Of a DNA stretch of 64,000 nucleotides, positions 60,296-64,000 are shown piece after piece. Under the pieces are notes generated by a model, which was given only the letters and a program-made list of their open reading frames with translations, did not search any database and was not told the DNA's origin. A program made the position numbers and the translations under genes. The stretch comes from Betaproteobacteria bacterium. GTDB lineage: Bacteria; Pseudomonadota; Gammaproteobacteria; Burkholderiales; Burkholderiaceae_C. Location of the stretch: contig JANXLW010000158.1 of NCBI GenBank assembly GCA_025354965.1, forward strand, positions 5,266-69,265, given 5' to 3'. Each line of letters starts with the position of its first letter. Position 1 is the stretch's first letter.

Positions 60296-61252
60296 TCAGA
60301 CAACAAATGCTGATTTCGCCACCGTCGATATCGTGGTGCGCAGCCAATTGTGGGCGCTGACGCCGTGAAACCGGTGGTGCCAGAGGGCGTCCACATGGAC
60401 CGTGGGCACCGCAAATGGAAGTTCCCGCAGCACCAATTGATCAGGGATTCCTGTGACGTTCACAAAATGACGTGGCAAGACTGTCAGCAGGTCGGAGTGA
60501 GCAACCACCTTGCCTGCGGTAAAAAACTGATTGACCGTCAGCACGATGCGGCGCTCGCGCCGGTGCAGAGCCAGCGCTTCATCGACAAAACCAAATGGGC
60601 GACCGGAGAAGCTGACAAGCAAATGGCGGGCGGCGCAATAGCGATCCAGAGTCAAGGGTCCTTTGGCCAACGGGTGGTGGCGACCCATGACGCAAACATA
60701 TTCACCGGCATACAGCCTTTGATGGGTGAATGCGACAGCTTCGCCAGCCTGGGCTCGGGCTGTTAAATCAGCGAAGACTGCCGGAAAGTAGCCAATGGCG
60801 AGATCAATAATTTCTTCGTCAAGCAGGCGGCGCGGATCGCGGGTGGTCAGGGGCACAACGCGGATCGAGACACCCGGCGCGTCGCGATCCATGACGGTGA
60901 TCAATCCGGGGATCAACTCGGCAGCCGTGGCGTCGGCCATCGCCAAAACAAATGTGGTGTTGGCCTGCTTTGGAACGAAGCTGCTTGGAGTCAATACCTC
61001 TTGCAGCTGGCGAAGGGATTCGCGCACGGCAGGCCACAGGGCAAGTGCTCGCGGCGTCGGCGCCATGGACTGACCGCTGCGTTTGATTAGTTCGTCACCC
61101 ATGGCCTCCCGAAACCTGCGCAAAGCATTGCTGACCGCGGGCTGGGTGAGTGAAAGTTTCTGCGCCGCCCGGGTCAAGCTGCGCTGTGTCATGACTTCGT
61201 CGAAAACCCGCAGCAAATTGAGATCAAGCGCACGGAAATTGACGTCGTTCAT
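60296..61252 (-). CDS. LysR family transcriptional regulator
   Basis: LDLNLLRVFDEVMTQRSLTRAAQKLSLTQPAVSNALRRFRE, 318 aa. Confidence 0.9.
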   Translation of the reverse strand: MNDVNFRALDLNLLRVFDEVMTQRSLTRAAQKLSLTQPAVSNALRRFREAMGDELIKRSGQSMAPTPRALALWPAVRESLRQLQEVLTPSSFVPKQANTTFVLAMADATAAELIPGLITVMDRDAPGVSIRVVPLTTRDPRRLLDEEIIDLAIGYFPAVFADLTARAQAGEAVAFTHQRLYAGEYVCVMGRHHPLAKGPLTLDRYCAARHLLVSFSGRPFGFVDEALALHRRERRIVLTVNQFFTAGKVVAHSDLLTVLPRHFVNVTGIPDQLVLRELPFAVPTVHVDALWHHRFHGVSAHNWLRTTISTVAKSAFVV

Positions 61253-61379
61253 CGCAGTAACTCATCACCATTATGAATATATTTAATCACAAAAATAAAG
61301 TTGAAGCATATTAGAGTAAACCCTAATATAACAATAAGCTCCAGCCTCTCGGGTCGGTTATCAATAGAAGGATTCCATC

Positions 61380-61799
61380 ATGGCCAGTTTCGTTCACCCC
61401 AGTTTGCCTACGCCGCAACCGAACGCAAAGCGGTTTGCGTCCGCGCGCGAATTGACGCACTCAATGCGCTTGGCGTTTGACAAAACCAGGGGCTTGAGCG
61501 TCATGTTGCAGCTTGCCATGGTGTCGGCTCTGGTAGTTGTGGCAGATCAGCTGATTGATACTTGGGCTGACGGCCATCTGCTGGCTGCCTGGGTTGCCTT
61601 GTGGTTGATTGGCTTTGCCGCGCTGGCCTACTTCAGTGGCGCAGCGCGCAAATTGGTGGGCGCTGCAATCAACGCCGGCAACGCCTGGTCCGAGCGAATC
61701 GCCAAAGCCAGGGCCGATGAGCGCCTGTGGGCCATTGCCAAAGCTGATCCACGCGTGATGGCCGACTTGAACGCAGCCAGGTCGCGCAGCGAACGTTGA
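61380..61799 (+). CDS. Hypothetical two-TM membrane protein
   Basis: 139-aa ORF divergent from the LysR gene. Two hydrophobic helices, then a charged C-terminus ARADERLWAIAKADPRVMADL. I recognise no family. Confidence 0.5.
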   Translation: MASFVHPSLPTPQPNAKRFASARELTHSMRLAFDKTRGLSVMLQLAMVSALVVVADQLIDTWADGHLLAAWVALWLIGFAALAYFSGAARKLVGAAINAGNAWSERIAKARADERLWAIAKADPRVMADLNAARSRSER

Positions 61800-61842
61800 T
61801 ACAGCGGCGCGACGCCATCGAATTATTGCCTGCACTTTGAAC

Positions 61843-61871
61843 AAAGAAGCCACCGAACTGGTGGCTTCTTT
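61843..61871. terminator. Perfect 12-bp stem hairpin between convergent ORFs
   Basis: AAAGAAGCCACC-gaact-GGTGGCTTCTTT. There is no long U tract on either strand. Confidence 0.4.
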
Positions 61872-61901
61872 GCACCCTGAGAGACTCAGGTAACGGGCCG
61901 G

Positions 61902-62042
61902 TCAGGCCATCGAAACCGCTATAAAAGCCAGTAAAAACATCAGCACGCCACCCACCACTGGCAACACCAGCGGCATGGAAGAAACAATAGATTCCACGGC
62001 GTCCGGGGCCTGGCTGTTTACTTCGGGAGCGGGGCTAGACAT
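61902..62042 (-). CDS. Candidate 46-aa small membrane protein (not in ORF track)
   Basis: My translation is MSSPAPEVNSQAPDAVESIVSSMPLVLPVVGGVLMFLLAFIAVSMA. AAGGA lies 8 nt upstream of the ATG. It has one hydrophobic helix. Confidence 0.3.
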   Translation of the reverse strand: MSSPAPEVNSQAPDAVESIVSSMPLVLPVVGGVLMFLLAFIAVSMA

Positions 62043-62161
62043 AGGGATTCCTTGAGTTTGCAGATTCGCGATGTCTGAATTCTACCCATGTCGCTACAGT
62101 CTGGCGCGTCACAGCGCAAGTCGTTGATTTGGTCAGCAGTTTTTACTGGACCCGTTGCGTT

Positions 62162-62449
62162 TCAAGCCCAGCCAACTGAAATTGGGCGATCACATCGGCA
62201 ACGTGCTGGCGCACACCATGCCGCGCTCATCGTGATCACACCACGCTGGGGCTCCGGTACGCTCAATTGCACCAGTTTGTTGCTGGCGCCGTGTTCCTTG
62301 AAGGAAGCGGTGAACAGCTGATTTAGGAATTTCAGATACACCTGCGCACCCGTGATGTCCGAAAGGGTTCTCAATGTGACGCAGGGCTTTCGCAGCAGTT
62401 GCCCCTGCAAGCGCGTAGCAGCCAGTTCAATATCCGCTGGTTCAGTCAT
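62162..62449 (-). pseudogene. N-terminal remnant of a PLP-dependent threonine/serine dehydratase
   Basis: MTEPADIELAATRLQGQLLRKPCVTLRTLSDITGAQVYLKFLNQLFTASFKEHGASNKLVQL...RGVITMSAA matches the TPL...VYLK.E..Q.TGSFK.RGA.NKL...RGVI.ASAGNH pattern. Similarity is then lost and the ORF ends after 95 codons; the remaining 200+ codons are absent. Confidence 0.65.
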
Positions 62450-62510
62450 GAGGGAATTGTCTATCCGAAAGCAAAAACACCTCGGTGTTTTTGCATCTAC
62501 TTTTACCTGC

Positions 62511-63380
62511 TCAGTATCTGCGTGTGCCCAGCATCGCCGCGCCAATGATCATGGCCGCAGCAACTGCGATGTTCCAGCTCAGGGGACGCTGCGTGACCAG
62601 CATCAGCAACACGGTGGATGTCAGCGGTGTCAGGTAACTCAGAATGCCAATATGGCGCACATCGCCCAGTTTCAGGGCCTTGTCCCACAGAAAAAATGCC
62701 GCACCCAAAGGCCCCAGGCCCATGCTGACCAACAGCAACCAGTCATTCGCGCTCAGATTCACGGATGGCTCAAGGGCTGCGTGGCAAATCAGAGACAGCG
62801 CGCCAGAGATCAGGCCAAATAGGCCGATTGCTGCGGTTGGGAAGCCTTTGCCGGTTAAGGCGCCACGTTTGGTTTGCAATGAATAGTTGGCCCAGATAAA
62901 GGCTGAGCCCAACGCCAGCAGGTAACCCAGAAGTGGCGTCCAAGAGGTCCCGCCGATCGCCAGGGTGGCAGATTCCCGGCCACCCAGAATTGCAATCGCC
63001 GCACCGGCAAAGCCCAGCGTCGCTGCGACGACATGAACAGCACGCAGTTTGAGGCCATCCAGGTACAGTGGTGTCAACACCACAATCAGCAAAGGCCACA
63101 AGTAGTTGACCAGATTCACCTCAACTGCCGACGCAATGCGCAAGCCGATGAACAGAAAAAAGTGATAGCCAAACAAAGTGAACACGCCTAATCCCAAGGT
63201 ACTCGGCCTGATTTGCCAAAGACGTGAGGCATTGAACAGATAGGGCCAGGACAGCACGCTACCAACCATCAACGCCACACCTGTCAGCAAAAACGGCGGC
63301 ACATGCTTGAGCGAGACACCCAGTGTCGCGAGGGATGCCCATAGGGCAATCGCAGCAAGCGCATACAGATTAGCTTTCAT
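62511..63380 (-). CDS. DMT-superfamily (EamA) transporter
   Basis: 289 aa, 10 hydrophobic segments. Confidence 0.85.
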   Translation of the reverse strand: MKANLYALAAIALWASLATLGVSLKHVPPFLLTGVALMVGSVLSWPYLFNASRLWQIRPSTLGLGVFTLFGYHFFLFIGLRIASAVEVNLVNYLWPLLIVVLTPLYLDGLKLRAVHVVAATLGFAGAAIAILGGRESATLAIGGTSWTPLLGYLLALGSAFIWANYSLQTKRGALTGKGFPTAAIGLFGLISGALSLICHAALEPSVNLSANDWLLLVSMGLGPLGAAFFLWDKALKLGDVRHIGILSYLTPLTSTVLLMLVTQRPLSWNIAVAAAMIIGAAMLGTRRY

Positions 63381-63485
63381 GAGTTGGTACTGTCAGTCAG
63401 GGCGATGGTCGCTCGATGGGGGTTGCAAGGGTTTGGCCGTTGCCCCGGGGTGCACCGGCAACGACCCGAAAAAGAAAGACACAGA

Positions 63486-64000
63486 TCAGACAGATGGGGA
63501 ACTGAACGCGTGCTTGGCTTGGCTGTCGGCATGGTAACTGGAGCGCACCATGGCGCCTACTGCGGCATGCTTGAAACCCATTTCATAGGCTTTTGACTCG
63601 AACATCTTGAAGGTGTCGGGATGCACATAGCGTTTGACGGTCAAATGGGAGGTCGAAGGCGCCAGGTACTGACCGATGGTCAGCATCTCGATGCCATGCG
63701 CGCGCATGTCACGCATCACGTCCAGAATTTCGTCGTCAGTTTCGCCCAGGCCCACCATCAGGCCGCTCTTGGTGGGCACGTTCGGGAACAGGGCTTTGAA
63801 TTTTCTCAGCAGGTTCAGTGAAAACTGGTAGTCACTGCCGGGGCGCGCCTCTCTGTAAAGGCGCGCTATGGTTTCCAGGTTGTGGTTCATCACATCAGGC
63901 GGCGCAGCTTTCAATATTTCCAGCGCCCGGTCGTCACGGCCGCGGAAATCAGGCACCAGAATTTCGATTTGTGTCAGGGGCGATAGCTCGCGCGTCTTGC
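63486..64000 (-). CDS. lipA: Lipoyl synthase, C-terminal part (gene continues past the right edge)
   Basis: ...[27 protein letters not shown]...[16 protein letters not shown]...[18 protein letters not shown]. The reading frame is open to the window end. Confidence 0.93.
   Translation of the reverse strand, partial: KTRELSPLTQIEILVPDFRGRDDRALEILKAAPPDVMNHNLETIARLYREARPGSDYQFSLNLLRKFKALFPNVPTKSGLMVGLGETDDEILDVMRDMRAHGIEMLTIGQYLAPSTSHLTVKRYVHPDTFKMFESKAYEMGFKHAAVGAMVRSSYHADSQAKHAFSSPSV

Overview
This looks like an origin-proximal chromosomal segment of a Gram-negative bacterium. Gene order and protein sequences suggest a betaproteobacterium of the Burkholderiales/Comamonadaceae type, but this is inference only because no database search was possible.

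The left end carries the divergent block gyrB<-dnaN<-dnaA | rpmH->rnpA->yidD->yidC->mnmE, with two DnaA boxes in the dnaA/rpmH spacer.

The rest is densely coding, with about 65 CDS, mostly core metabolism and envelope genes:
- apt and a CPA2 antiporter
- kdsD-kdsC-lptC
- an RRM/glycine-rich RNA-binding protein
- a sigma54-driven amtB without glnK
- metX-metW behind a terminator-containing leader
- rhodanese-ChrB/ChrA
- ubiU-ubiV-ubiT-ubiX-ubiD, the O2-independent ubiquinone hydroxylation module fused to the decarboxylase pair
- a rubrerythrin / rubredoxin / rubredoxin reductase trio; the 54-aa rubredoxin is missing from the ORF track
- an amgK-like kinase and lptD-surA-rsmA
- a secreted RNase Sa-like enzyme with a coupled barstar
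- maeB
- an omega-aminotransferase / mmsA / ald operon with a LysR regulator
- a regulator-rich stretch containing a gene remnant
- lipA

I found no rRNA, tRNA, CRISPR array, transposase or integrase.

The best candidate for an incompletely described system is a seven-gene, translationally coupled operon at 29.1-35.7 kb: FAD desaturase-like, DUF1365, CFA-synthase-like, MFS_2 permease, DUF3833 lipoprotein, SDR and NTF2-like genes. A divergent TetR gene sits next to it with a 34-bp palindromic operator candidate between them. Only the first three genes have a described parallel, in furan fatty acid synthesis. Two genes of this operon carry frameshifts in this sequence.
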